A stretch of 64,000 nucleotides of DNA from the sequence record NZ_KX443399.1, one strand, 5' to 3'. This document shows positions 47,244 to 56,091 of the stretch, piece by piece. Below the pieces are notes generated by a model. The model saw only the letters and a list, made by a program, of their open reading frames with translations, was not told the origin of the DNA and made no database searches. Positions within the stretch are counted from its first letter, which is position 1, and every line of letters starts with the position of its first letter. This DNA is from a plasmid. A program made the translations under genes and the position numbers.

Positions 47244-48300
47244 GCGACGCCGTCGTTGTCACGGTCGAGCTTGCTGCTGTAGCCGGGCTCGCCGCGCATG
47301 ATCGGTGCCGCGCCGGCCGCCCGGGCGGCGGCGCAGTTCGCGTACGAGACACCCGCCCCGCTCGGCGCCGGCGCAGGTGCGGGGGCGGGCGCCTGCTCGC
47401 GGACCGGCGGCGCTGGCGCGGGGGCCGCGGTGGTCGGCGCAGGAGCGGCTGCCGGGACCGGTGCGGGTGCGGGGGAACCGGTGCAGGAGGCGAGTTCGCG
47501 TGCGATCGCATCCTTCTCGGCCTGGGTCATCCACAGCCCGTACTTGAGTTTCACCTCGAACTGGCGCGTGACGTAGGTACACCGGTACGCCTTGTTCGGC
47601 GGCAACCAGGTCGCGGCGTCGCCGTCGCCCTTCTGTCCATTGGTAGGGCCGTCGACGGCCTGCAAGTTCAGGGGATCGTTGGCGAAGTTGCGGCGGGTCT
47701 GCTCGTCGAACTGCTGAGCACCCTTCTGCCACGCATCCGAGAGGGCGACGATGTGGTCGATCTGCACGGCGTTCGAGGTCCCCTCACCGCGGGTGAACGC
47801 GATCGTCCGGCCGGTGTAGGTGTCGTTCAGTGTGCCGGTGAGGACGGTGCACCCGTTCGATCCGGGCTTGATCGTGATGTCGACCAGGTCCCGGCGCAGG
47901 ATGTCGTTGCGGTATCGCAGCCGTTGTGCCCGCCCTCGACGGTGACATCGTCGGACCATGCCTGCCCGAACAGTGCCCGGTCGTAGCCGGTCTTCGGCGC
48001 CCTGCCCTTGACCGGGATCGCATCCAACGTCGCAGCGGCCGCCCGCAGAGCGTCGTCGTCGCTGACCTTGAGCAGGGGAGTGGGCGGCGGCAACGCCGTC
48101 TCCGACGACGACACGACCGCGCTGGTCGTGGCGCCCGAGGCCGCAGACGACGTGGCAGCCACATCCGGCTGCGCGTCCGCGTCCTCGCACGCGGTCAACG
48201 CCAGCACCGCGGCCGCGGATACAGCGGCGGCGATCAGTGCGGTGCGGGCACGATGGGCAGCTGCCCGGTGCGGGCGTAGCGAGGCGAGAGCAGACAACAC
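47234..48300 (-). pseudogene. Secreted lipoprotein nuclease (DUF1524 HNH-like plus C-terminal Excalibur Ca-binding domain) with a 1-nt frameshift
   Basis: The N-terminal frame has a lipobox 'LALTAC' and '...GGHNGCDT'. The downstream frame continues 'RNDILRRDL...VQIDHIVALSDAW...NLQAVDGPTNGQKGDGDAATWLPPNK' and ends with the Excalibur motif 'DRDNDGVACE'. The sequence reads ACCGCAAC where ACCCGCAAC would keep the frame. Confidence 0.55.
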
Positions 48301-48470
48301 GACGTTTCCTTCATGCAGGCTGGGGCCCGTGCACGCACTGACCCGGATGCGGATAGGCGGTGCCGCCCCCGACGGCGACACGAACCGCTATGTCTACCAG
48401 GGAGGCCGCCGAATGTAGCGAAGCATCGACGGAGTTCAGCTGCACCGCCAGCAGTCTCCCCCGGAACGCT

Positions 48471-48527
48471 GCGTCGTCTTTACAAGACGACAACGACTTG
48501 TGTACCTTCATGTCTTGTAAAGACGAA
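48471..48527. promoter_or_regulatory. AT-rich long inverted repeat (putative operator)
   Basis: GTCGTCTTTACAAGACGAC ... GTCTTGTAAAGACGAAG, 30 bp upstream of the GTG start at 48559. Confidence 0.45.
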
Positions 48528-48558
48528 GGCGTCTTCAAAACTGTGGAGGGGTACTGAC

Positions 48559-49128
48559 GTGGCAATACTTGTGAACATACGGCGCTCGGGGGCTTCAGCG
48601 GCGGACGCTAACGAGATCATGGAGGCCGCAAGCGGCAACTGGGTTGTCAGCGAGAATGCGCTCGACGAGTACGGCGACGTCGTGCTCGCGATCCTGCACA
48701 ACCGCGTGGTCGGTGCCTTCGATTTACTCTCGTGGAAAGAGGCGGAGAACGGCCGCTACCACTTCGAGCTGCGTCCGTCCGAGGACTACGCCGCACTGGT
48801 CGGACGGGACAGCCCGAGGCAGTGGAAACAGGGGCAGGCCAACCCCGTAGCGTTCGTTGACAGCGATGACCTGGATACCAGCGGCAATACAAGCGAAGCG
48901 CCCGCCCCGAAGCCGCGCCGAGGGGTCCACCGAATCGTCATCGAAACCAAGGGGCTCTCCGACGCCGAGGCTGCACGACTGCATCACGCGCTCATCGTTG
49001 TCGCCAAGGCCTCCGGGCATCTCCACGACTACCGGACCACTTCGCTGGTCCGGGAGATGAAGGCAGCCCAGGACGAAGCCGTCTTCCCCTACGGTTCGGC
49101 GAAGGCGCCGCGGGCACAAAAGGACTGA
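48559..49128 (+). CDS. Hypothetical protein
   Basis: RBS GGAGGGG 6 nt upstream of the GTG. 189 aa. Confidence 0.45.
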   Translation: MAILVNIRRSGASAADANEIMEAASGNWVVSENALDEYGDVVLAILHNRVVGAFDLLSWKEAENGRYHFELRPSEDYAALVGRDSPRQWKQGQANPVAFVDSDDLDTSGNTSEAPAPKPRRGVHRIVIETKGLSDAEAARLHHALIVVAKASGHLHDYRTTSLVREMKAAQDEAVFPYGSAKAPRAQKD

Positions 49129-49192
49129 TCGCCACACCGTCGGCCTGGGCGGCCGTTCGCCTGGTGCAGCACCCGTTTGACATCGAAAGTCG

Positions 49193-49229
49193 GGAACCTT
49201 TCTGCGGCAGAACGCATCTGAATGTGTGA
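49193..49229 (+). promoter_or_regulatory. ECF-type promoter, copy 5
   Basis: GGAACCTTTCTGCGGCAGAACGCATCTGAATGTGTGA. Confidence 0.6.
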
Positions 49230-49263
49230 GCGGGAAATACGATCCCGCCGCTTCGAGAGAGGG

Positions 49264-49509
49264 ATGCAGATGGGGAAGAAGATTGCGCAGGGTCTGGTGC
49301 TGGCAGCGGCCGCAGCGGGTGTGACGCTCGCGTCGATCGGAGTGGCGCAGGCCGCCACGTACGGCCCGTACGCCTACGACCAGTGCCGAATGATCCAGGC
49401 AGGCGTGACCACCCTTCAGCCGGGGCAGGTTCTGTGCACCACCGCCAACGGTCTGCCGGGCGCAAAGTACGTCCTGCCCATGACGCAGGGTGGGGTCACG
49501 ACGCGGTAG
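49264..49509 (+). CDS. Small secreted protein (about 80 aa)
   Basis: Signal peptide 'GLVLAAAAAGVTLASIGVAQAATY' and two Cys residues. Confidence 0.45.
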   Translation: MQMGKKIAQGLVLAAAAAGVTLASIGVAQAATYGPYAYDQCRMIQAGVTTLQPGQVLCTTANGLPGAKYVLPMTQGGVTTR

Positions 49510-49587
49510 CCCTCGCGCACGATGCACCTGGTCGGCCGCCGCCGCCGGGTGTATCGGCATGTTTCAAGGGAGGGGCGAGCAAGCTCT

Positions 49588-50558
49588 CTAGTGTCGTCCG
49601 GGGAGATCGACATCGCGCGGCGACTTGTCGTCGCGCAGGCCCTTCCACGCGGGGTGCCGCAGACTTCCGCCGGCGTACTCGCGGAACTCGACATCGCCCA
49701 CCAGTTCGGGCTCGACCCAGTGGGCTCCTTTGGTGTCCCGGGTGGGCGGCGGTGCGGCGAGGGGGCTCGTCGGTCGCTCCAGCTGTGTGAGCTGAGCGCG
49801 CAGGGCCCGTCGGCCGGCACCAGTGAAGCCGGTGCCGACGTGCCCGATGTAGGTGAGCTGGCCATCACCGTCGTACGCGCCGAGTAGCAGCGATCCGACG
49901 CCGCCGCGGGCGCTGCCGGTCCCGTCGACCCAGCCGACGACGACGGCCTCGGTGTTCGCGCGCAGCGGGTGCTTGATCCAGGTAGGAAAGCGGCGGCCCG
50001 GGCGGTAGGTGGAGTCGATGCGCTTGGCTACCACGCCCTCGAGGTGGTGCTCGCGGGCCAGGTCGAGCATCCGGTCACCTCCGACATCGGTCCAGTACGG
50101 CGGGACCTGTACCCGCGGCCCGGAGAAGCCGAGCGCGTCGAGGTCGGCCCGCCGCTCGACGTACGGCAGCGAGGTAGTGGAGTGGCCGTCGAGGGAGAGG
50201 ACGTCGAACAAGTAGAGGACCACCGGAACGTCGGCCCGGAGCGCGGTGGTGGGCCGCAGCACGTGCATCCGGCGCTGGAGCCGGCCGAACGAGGGCCGGC
50301 CCTTCGCGTCGAGGGCGACGATCTCGCCGTCGAGGATCGCGTCGCGGCCGTCGAGGACATCAGCGAGCGGGTCGACCAGCTCGGGAAAGCGGCAGTGATG
50401 TCGTTGCCGTTCCGACTGAACAGGCGGCTGGAACCCGAATTGACCTGAGCAATTGCCCGTTGGCCATCCCACTTCATCTCCCACGCCCAGCCCTCGCCCT
50501 CCGGCAGCTGGCCGAGCGTGGCCAACATCGGGGACGGCACCACCGACGGCGAGGGCAT
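49588..50558 (-). pseudogene. ATP-dependent DNA ligase (LigC/LigD ligase-domain type) with a 1-nt frameshift
   Basis: The N-terminal frame has motif I 'EMKWDGQR'. The C-terminal frame has 'DGEIVALD', 'LEGVVAKRIDSTYRPGRRFPTWIKHP' and an OB domain. The sequence reads TTCCCGAGCTGG where TTCCCGGAGCTGG would keep the frame. Confidence 0.6.
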
Positions 50559-50699
50559 ACCCCGAGTCTGCGGGAAAGGCGTTCGGGCGGAGGCGGAACG
50601 GTGTGATCGGCTGCGCGACTGGGGACCTGTCGTCTCCGCAGGTCAGGATCGGCGTGTAGGAGCTGATGATGCGAATTTTACAATCCGCCAACGCCTTCG

Positions 50700-50735
50700 G
50701 GTTGCAACATCGCAAGGAACACCTGTAAGGGTATT
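50700..50735 (+). promoter_or_regulatory. Conserved sigma-70-like promoter/operator cassette, copy 3
   Basis: GGTTGCAACATCGCAAGGAACACCTGTAAGGGTATT. Confidence 0.5.
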
Positions 50736-50761
50736 GGCGTACCCAACGAGAGGAGATCGCG

Positions 50762-50908
50762 ATGACCGCGACGATCGAGCAGGCCACCAACCGCTACCGC
50801 GCCGCAATCCAGGGCGACGACCAGGCGGAGTTCATCGCCGCCAAGAGTGCGCTGATCGAACTGAAGACCGGCACCACGCTCACCGGCGATCAGGCCGCCT
50901 ACATCTGA
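50762..50908 (+). CDS. Small ORF (48 aa)
   Basis: RBS GAGAGGAG. Downstream of the conserved promoter cassette at 50700-50735. Confidence 0.3.
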   Translation: MTATIEQATNRYRAAIQGDDQAEFIAAKSALIELKTGTTLTGDQAAYI

Positions 50909-50989
50909 TCCGGAGGGCCCCGCACCAGCGTGCGGGGCCTTTTCACTAGATCAAAGACGACGTAAGATGAACGAAGATGGAGGGGAAAC

Positions 50990-51424
50990 ATGGGACGTTC
51001 AATCGCAGAGCTTGCTGAGCAGATCGCCTCGGCCGCCCACGACGGGCAGGTCGACAAGGCGGGTCGGCCCTACATTGCGCACCCGGCTCGTGTCGCCGCA
51101 CGCGTGGCTGGTGACGAACGCGCCGTCGCGGCCGCCTGGCTGCACGACGTCGTCGAGGACACCAGCGTCACGCTCGCCGAGCTCGAGGAAGCGTTTCCGC
51201 CGGAGGTGACCGTCGCCGTCGACGCGCTCACCCGCCGCCGCGGCGAGGAGCCGGCCGACTACTACGCTCGTGTCCGCCAGGTCCCGCTGGCGCTGACGGT
51301 CAAGCTCGCCGACCTCGACGACAACAGCGACCCGCAGCGCCTCGCGCAGCTCGACGCCCCGACCCGCGACCGCCTTACCACCAAGTACGCCCGCGCCCGG
51401 GCTGAGCTGACCGCGGGTGTGTAG
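50990..51424 (+). CDS. Small alarmone hydrolase (RelA/SpoT HD-domain protein)
   Basis: 'AHDGQVDKAGRPYIAHPARVAARVAGDERAVAAAWLHDVVEDT' is the (p)ppGpp hydrolase HD motif. 144 aa. Confidence 0.75.
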   Translation: MGRSIAELAEQIASAAHDGQVDKAGRPYIAHPARVAARVAGDERAVAAAWLHDVVEDTSVTLAELEEAFPPEVTVAVDALTRRRGEEPADYYARVRQVPLALTVKLADLDDNSDPQRLAQLDAPTRDRLTTKYARARAELTAGV

Positions 51425-52223
51425 GTCGGAGGAAGGGGGCGGCCGCAGATGCACCGATCACCGACGACTCCAGTCGAAGTCGCTCGACGATCTGCGCCCC
51501 GACCCGGCCCCAGGCCGCCCGGACGTCGACTGGGCACACGACCCGGCCAACGCCCCGGAATACCTGTACGAGACCTACCCGACCTACGTCGCCGGGATCG
51601 TCGTCGACATGATGGCCACCGCGAAGCAGCAGGAGTCGCAGATGACCTCTGACGTGCTCGACGCACTACCCTCCGATGCCCGCATGCACGGCCTCGAGTT
51701 CCGTATGAAGAGCCCGGACTCCCTCGCCCGCAAGCTCAACGACCGCTGCGAGAAGTCGCCCATGCGCGATCCGGAGCACATCGCCGACGCGATCACCGAC
51801 GTCGTCCGCTACACCGCGATCTCCGACCCGGACCGAGTCGTCGCGACCGCCCGCACGCTGGCCGACCGCCTCATTGAGCGCGGCTGGACGATTACCGAGG
51901 TCGAACACTCCTACCTCGACGGCAACCAGTACAAGGGCCTGCACCTGCTCGCCCGCCACTCCAGCGGCCGCGTCGCGGAGTTCCAGTTCCACACCGAGGC
52001 ATCGCAGAACGTCAAGGACGCCACCCACGTCGACTACGAAGCCGTCCGCGACCCGCGACTGCCGCTCACCGAGCGGGCCGCGCTGGTGGAGAAGATGACT
52101 GCCGTCTGGGCTCAGGTACCCACCCCGGCCGGCGTCCCGGAGCTGACCGAACTCGGCGGCTGCAAGGTCGCACCGAAACGCTACGCACCACCGAAGACGA
52201 ACCGAGGAAGGGACGCACAATGA
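51417..52223 (+). CDS. RelA/SpoT-synthetase-like nucleotidyltransferase (small alarmone synthetase / toxSAS-like)
   Basis: 'GLEFRMKSPDSLARKL', 'ITDVVRYTAI', 'YKGLHLLARH...VAEFQFHTEAS' align with the G-R-K-S, D-x-G-R, Y-x-S-x-H and E-Q-RT motifs of the synthetase domain. The start overlaps the hydrolase stop by 8 nt. Confidence 0.65.
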   Translation: MCRSEEGGGRRCTDHRRLQSKSLDDLRPDPAPGRPDVDWAHDPANAPEYLYETYPTYVAGIVVDMMATAKQQESQMTSDVLDALPSDARMHGLEFRMKSPDSLARKLNDRCEKSPMRDPEHIADAITDVVRYTAISDPDRVVATARTLADRLIERGWTITEVEHSYLDGNQYKGLHLLARHSSGRVAEFQFHTEASQNVKDATHVDYEAVRDPRLPLTERAALVEKMTAVWAQVPTPAGVPELTELGGCKVAPKRYAPPKTNRGRDAQ

Positions 52224-52777
52224 GCCTCTACATCGTCAGCGACCACGGCCAGGACCAGTGGCTCGCCTACGTGGACACCGAAAACCCCGGCGTCTACGCC
52301 TACGTCGCGAACCTCGGCCGCTTCGTCTTCCACCGGCCCCTTGGCGAGGACTTCTACATGGACCGCGAACTCGACTGGACCCCCGTCAACGCCGAGGTGG
52401 CGCGAAAGACCATCACCGATGACGTACTCGGCAAGCTCGACGGCCGCCGCCACAGCGACTTCCTGACCAGGCTCGAGGCCGAGCCAGACCAGCGCTCGGT
52501 CGAGGACGTCTTCGGCGCCCAACCGGTCACCGACCTCAACCCAACCCCGCAGCAGCAGGCCGAAGCAAAACTCAAAGCGCTGGCGAGCACGCGGCCCGGC
52601 GAATGGCTCACCTGGAAGCTCTACGACCGCGGCCGCCGGCAGCTCGCGAGCGTCGCAGCCCGAGACCTGCGCACCGGGAAGATCGCCGCAGTCCGAAAGT
52701 CCGGCCTGCACATCGACTCCCGCGTCACACCCACCGCAGACGGCCGACTCGCAGTCGAGATCGCACGAACCGCGTAG
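52220..52777 (+). CDS. Hypothetical protein, third gene of the hydrolase-synthetase operon
   Basis: ATGA start/stop overlap with the upstream gene. Confidence 0.45.
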   Translation: MSLYIVSDHGQDQWLAYVDTENPGVYAYVANLGRFVFHRPLGEDFYMDRELDWTPVNAEVARKTITDDVLGKLDGRRHSDFLTRLEAEPDQRSVEDVFGAQPVTDLNPTPQQQAEAKLKALASTRPGEWLTWKLYDRGRRQLASVAARDLRTGKIAAVRKSGLHIDSRVTPTADGRLAVEIARTA

Positions 52778-52830
52778 GCCGGACCCGAAGCCGGACTGAA
52801 GTGAATTGAGAACCAGTAGCGAAGGGGAAG

Positions 52831-54330
52831 ATGAACGCGTCATCGAGCGCAAGTCCAGCTGAGGCCAAGACTGCACCGTCACAGGTGGACGATGGAGGCG
52901 ACGCACCAGCGGAGCCGGAGAAGAAGTCGCGGTATCCATTTGTCCGCATCGCGCTGTACGCAGTCGGGGCCGGATTCACCGCCGCCGTCCTCTGGTGGAT
53001 AGCCGCCGAATGGGCAACCGCAGACGGCAGCAACGTGTGGTGGGAGAAGTGGCAGTGGTGGGGAGTCGCACCCATTGTCGCCGCCGTCGGGGCGACGGTT
53101 GCGGGGCTTGTATGGGTGTACCGCAAGTCGGACCGTGCAGGCCCGGACGAGGACGGGCTCTCGTTGTTCAGGCTCGTCATCGCGGGTGTGCTCGCTGGGG
53201 TGGTCATGATGATCGCTCTGGTGTGGTTGCAGGCGGAACTCTTCACCGCCCCAGGGGCATCCCTCGTGTCAATCGGCGGCCGCGAGACCCTGAACATCGT
53301 TCGGTCTTCCGCCTTCGCAGTCGGCGCGCTCGGCGCAGTCGCCGTCCTGATCGTCAACTACCGCAAGCAGAAGTCCACCGAGGCTGCACTCGTACTTGAC
53401 CGCGGCAAGCACGCTGACCTGTTTCAGCAGGCGCAGGACAACCTGTCGCTCGACCGTGAGAAGCACGCTGATCTGTTTCAGCAGGCGCAGGACGACCTCG
53501 CGCATGAGCGCCAGAAGCACGAGAAGCAGATGGAGCTCGAGAGGGCTAAGCAGGCGGCCAGCGATGCCGCAGCACTGCACGATCGCTTCTCGAAGGCCGT
53601 GGTCCAACTTGCAGACGATAAGCCGGCCATTCGCCTGGGAGGCGTCTACGCAATCGCGGGCGTTGCTACCGACTGGCAGCTGAAGAACAACTTCCTCCAC
53701 CTCCAGGCGTGTGTGGATCTGCTCTGCTCCTACCTGCGCAGCGTCCCGTCAATGTCAGACAAAAAACGACTCGCCTTCACAGGTGTTGATGACGACGCCC
53801 ATGCGCTCGCCCTCGATCGCGACGTGAGAAAGGCAGCTCTCGAAGCGCTCAGCACTCTCGGGAAACCCGACAGCGAACGCAGCAGCATTGCCCAGTTGGT
53901 GCGGAAGTGGACACAGGAGACAATGGCGCCCCTCGTGGGGGAGGCGCCCAAGCTGGCGGTGGATCTGCACGGGGCCTCATTCAGGAATCTCGATCTGCGG
54001 AACGCACGTCTCGCCGGTTTGAACCTCTCGAATACCGACTTCCGCGGGGCGGAGCTTGCAGGAGCGAGCCTCGCCCGAGCGAATCTCTCCCGAGCGGATT
54101 TCGACCAAGCGAACCTCTCCGGAGCGATCCTCGCTCGAGCGACCCTCACAGGAGCGAACCTTACGAAGGCGAACCTCACCCGTGCGAACCTCGCCGGCGC
54201 CACCCTCTACGGCGCAAAGGTAGATGGTGCCAACTTCTACGAGGCCAGGGGACTCGACACGATGAAGCCCGGTGTCGACAAGTTGCGGGCCGAAGGCGGC
54301 CTCAACCTGCCCGAGCAGGATGACGACTAG
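52831..54330 (+). CDS. Membrane protein with C-terminal pentapeptide repeats (paralog 1 of 3)
   Basis: Four TM helices, a coiled-coil, 'AVVQLADDKPAIRLGGVYAIAGVATDW', 'LCSYLR', then repeats such as 'ANLSRADFDQANLSGAILARATLTGANLTKANLTRANLAGATL'. Confidence 0.7.
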   Translation: MNASSSASPAEAKTAPSQVDDGGDAPAEPEKKSRYPFVRIALYAVGAGFTAAVLWWIAAEWATADGSNVWWEKWQWWGVAPIVAAVGATVAGLVWVYRKSDRAGPDEDGLSLFRLVIAGVLAGVVMMIALVWLQAELFTAPGASLVSIGGRETLNIVRSSAFAVGALGAVAVLIVNYRKQKSTEAALVLDRGKHADLFQQAQDNLSLDREKHADLFQQAQDDLAHERQKHEKQMELERAKQAASDAAALHDRFSKAVVQLADDKPAIRLGGVYAIAGVATDWQLKNNFLHLQACVDLLCSYLRSVPSMSDKKRLAFTGVDDDAHALALDRDVRKAALEALSTLGKPDSERSSIAQLVRKWTQETMAPLVGEAPKLAVDLHGASFRNLDLRNARLAGLNLSNTDFRGAELAGASLARANLSRADFDQANLSGAILARATLTGANLTKANLTRANLAGATLYGAKVDGANFYEARGLDTMKPGVDKLRAEGGLNLPEQDDD

Positions 54331-54444
54331 GAAGACGCGAGGGACGTGTCATCAATGCTGGTGAACGCAGGTTTCTCGTGGCCCGAAGTCCGGGCATGAG
54401 TGTTGTAGGTGTGTGACGCCGGCCGCGGGGGTAGGAAGAAGGAC

Positions 54445-54801
54445 ATGGCAGCGAAGTACGAGTGCGACGGATGCGGAGTTGCGGCATGCGATCTGCCCGA
54501 CGGCGTGGACCCGGCCGAGGTGTTTCTGAAGGTCCCGGAGGGCCAGGTGCTGTGCCAGGCCTGCATCATGGCCGTCCAGCAGGGCTCGGGGACCTGGAGC
54601 GCACCGATCCGCGGTGATCTGCCGCCGTACCACGATTGGGAGGGCGACCCGATTGTCGCCGATGACCGTCCGAAGACGGCCGCGGACTACTGGCGCGACG
54701 CACAGGCCGGCGCGCCAGCCGAGCGGGATTCGGCGCCGGCTGGAGGAATCCTCGGGTTCTCGTCCGAGCCGTTCGTTCAGGAGTACCGGCCCGAGCAGTA
54801 G
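54445..54801 (+). CDS. Zinc-ribbon protein
   Basis: 'CDGCGV...CQAC' forms two CxxC pairs. RBS GGAAGAAGGA. Confidence 0.4.
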   Translation: MAAKYECDGCGVAACDLPDGVDPAEVFLKVPEGQVLCQACIMAVQQGSGTWSAPIRGDLPPYHDWEGDPIVADDRPKTAADYWRDAQAGAPAERDSAPAGGILGFSSEPFVQEYRPEQ

Positions 54802-54910
54802 CGCCCCCCGCGGCCGAGGGGGGACGTGTCATCTGCGCAGTTCACGCATCAGATTTCGCCGAGGACTGCCTGCGATCGCGTTGTTGGGGAGAAGTAGCCT
54901 CGGTCGTGTG

Positions 54911-55393
54911 GTGATTGATCGCGCTGTTCTGGCCGCCCGCATTCGTCAAGCGCATCTCGCCGCGCTTCCTTCGTTCACCGCTGGGCCGCTCGACGAATCC
55001 ACGACTATCGTTGTGGCGCAGGCACTCGCGACCGAGGACGCCACGCTTACGGTCACGGTTTCCTCGAGTCGGTTCGACGTCGGTCCCCGGGGGTGGGACC
55101 TGGCCGCCGCCGGGACCGCTGTGACGGTGACTGTGACGTGTACCGACACCGAGTCCGGTGCCCGTCGGCACGTGCAGCTCCGGGAGCCGGAAGCGTGGGC
55201 GCGTGCCGTCATCGCTGAGGTCGACGACGGCACGACGCGGGTCTACCTGCTCGGTGGTATCGACCCCGAAACCGGCCAGCCGGAGCGGGGACTGGTCGCC
55301 TATCGCTTCTTCCTCGCGGAGGATGCAACGCCGATTCGTGTGCCTCCACAGCTACTGACCACACCGCACTACTGGATCGGCCCGCTGGACTGA
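54911..55393 (+). CDS. Hypothetical protein
   Basis: GTG start, 160 aa. Confidence 0.35.
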   Translation: MIDRAVLAARIRQAHLAALPSFTAGPLDESTTIVVAQALATEDATLTVTVSSSRFDVGPRGWDLAAAGTAVTVTVTCTDTESGARRHVQLREPEAWARAVIAEVDDGTTRVYLLGGIDPETGQPERGLVAYRFFLAEDATPIRVPPQLLTTPHYWIGPLD

Positions 55394-55424
55394 TCTGGGT
55401 GTGACCGGAAGCGGGACAGATACT

Positions 55425-56036
55425 TCAGGACTCCACGCGCCCGCGATGCAGCTCGAGCGGCGCGAGATGACAGTTCAACAGCACGGCCATCTGATCGCGG
55501 GCGTCGTCGAAGGGGGTGCTGGACTTGAGCGCGCGGGCCTGCACGATGGCGCCCTCGATCACCGACAGCAGCAGACCCGCAATCTGTCGGGCGGTGGTGT
55601 GCTCGAGGCCGGCGCCGACGAGTCCGTCGGCGAGCCGTGAGGTCCACTCGGTGAACGCCTGACCGGCGGCAGCCTGCACGGCCGGGGCGAGTTCGTCGAG
55701 CGCGGCGGCCATCATGAACGAGCCCTTTCGGTACTCGCTGGATTCGAGTGGTTCGCGCCAGAACGCGAACAGCTCGTCGAGCCACTGCTCGATCGACGGC
55801 GCGACGGCCAGGGCGTCGGCCATGACGCTCAGGTGCGAGTGCACGATCCTGGACACGATCCGGGTAGCGGTCTCGACGAGTTGGGCCTTGCCCTGCGGGA
55901 AGTGCTGGTACAGCGAGTTCCGGGACGCGTCGGCGCGCTTGAGTAGATCGGTCAGTCCGGCGGCGTGCACGCCGACTTCCTGGACCGCCGCGACGGTACT
56001 GGCGAGGAGTCGGGCGCGTGGCCGTAGGGAAGTCAT
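55425..56036 (-). CDS. TetR-family transcriptional regulator
   Basis: 'AVQEVGVHAAGLTDLLKRADASRNSLYQHFPQGKAQLV' is the TetR HTH. Confidence 0.85.
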   Translation of the reverse strand: MTSLRPRARLLASTVAAVQEVGVHAAGLTDLLKRADASRNSLYQHFPQGKAQLVETATRIVSRIVHSHLSVMADALAVAPSIEQWLDELFAFWREPLESSEYRKGSFMMAAALDELAPAVQAAAGQAFTEWTSRLADGLVGAGLEHTTARQIAGLLLSVIEGAIVQARALKSSTPFDDARDQMAVLLNCHLAPLELHRGRVES

Positions 56037-56091
56037 GGCGCGGCCCTTTCCAGTTTGTGTGGACTGATCGGTTCATGTTCGATGGAGTCTG

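Noticed and set aside
46390-47511. 373-aa Pro/Arg-rich minus-strand ORF, together with the plus-strand ORFs at 46611-47301
   Set aside because: Frame artefacts overlapping the HA-domain gene, which is the only frame with recognisable repeats.
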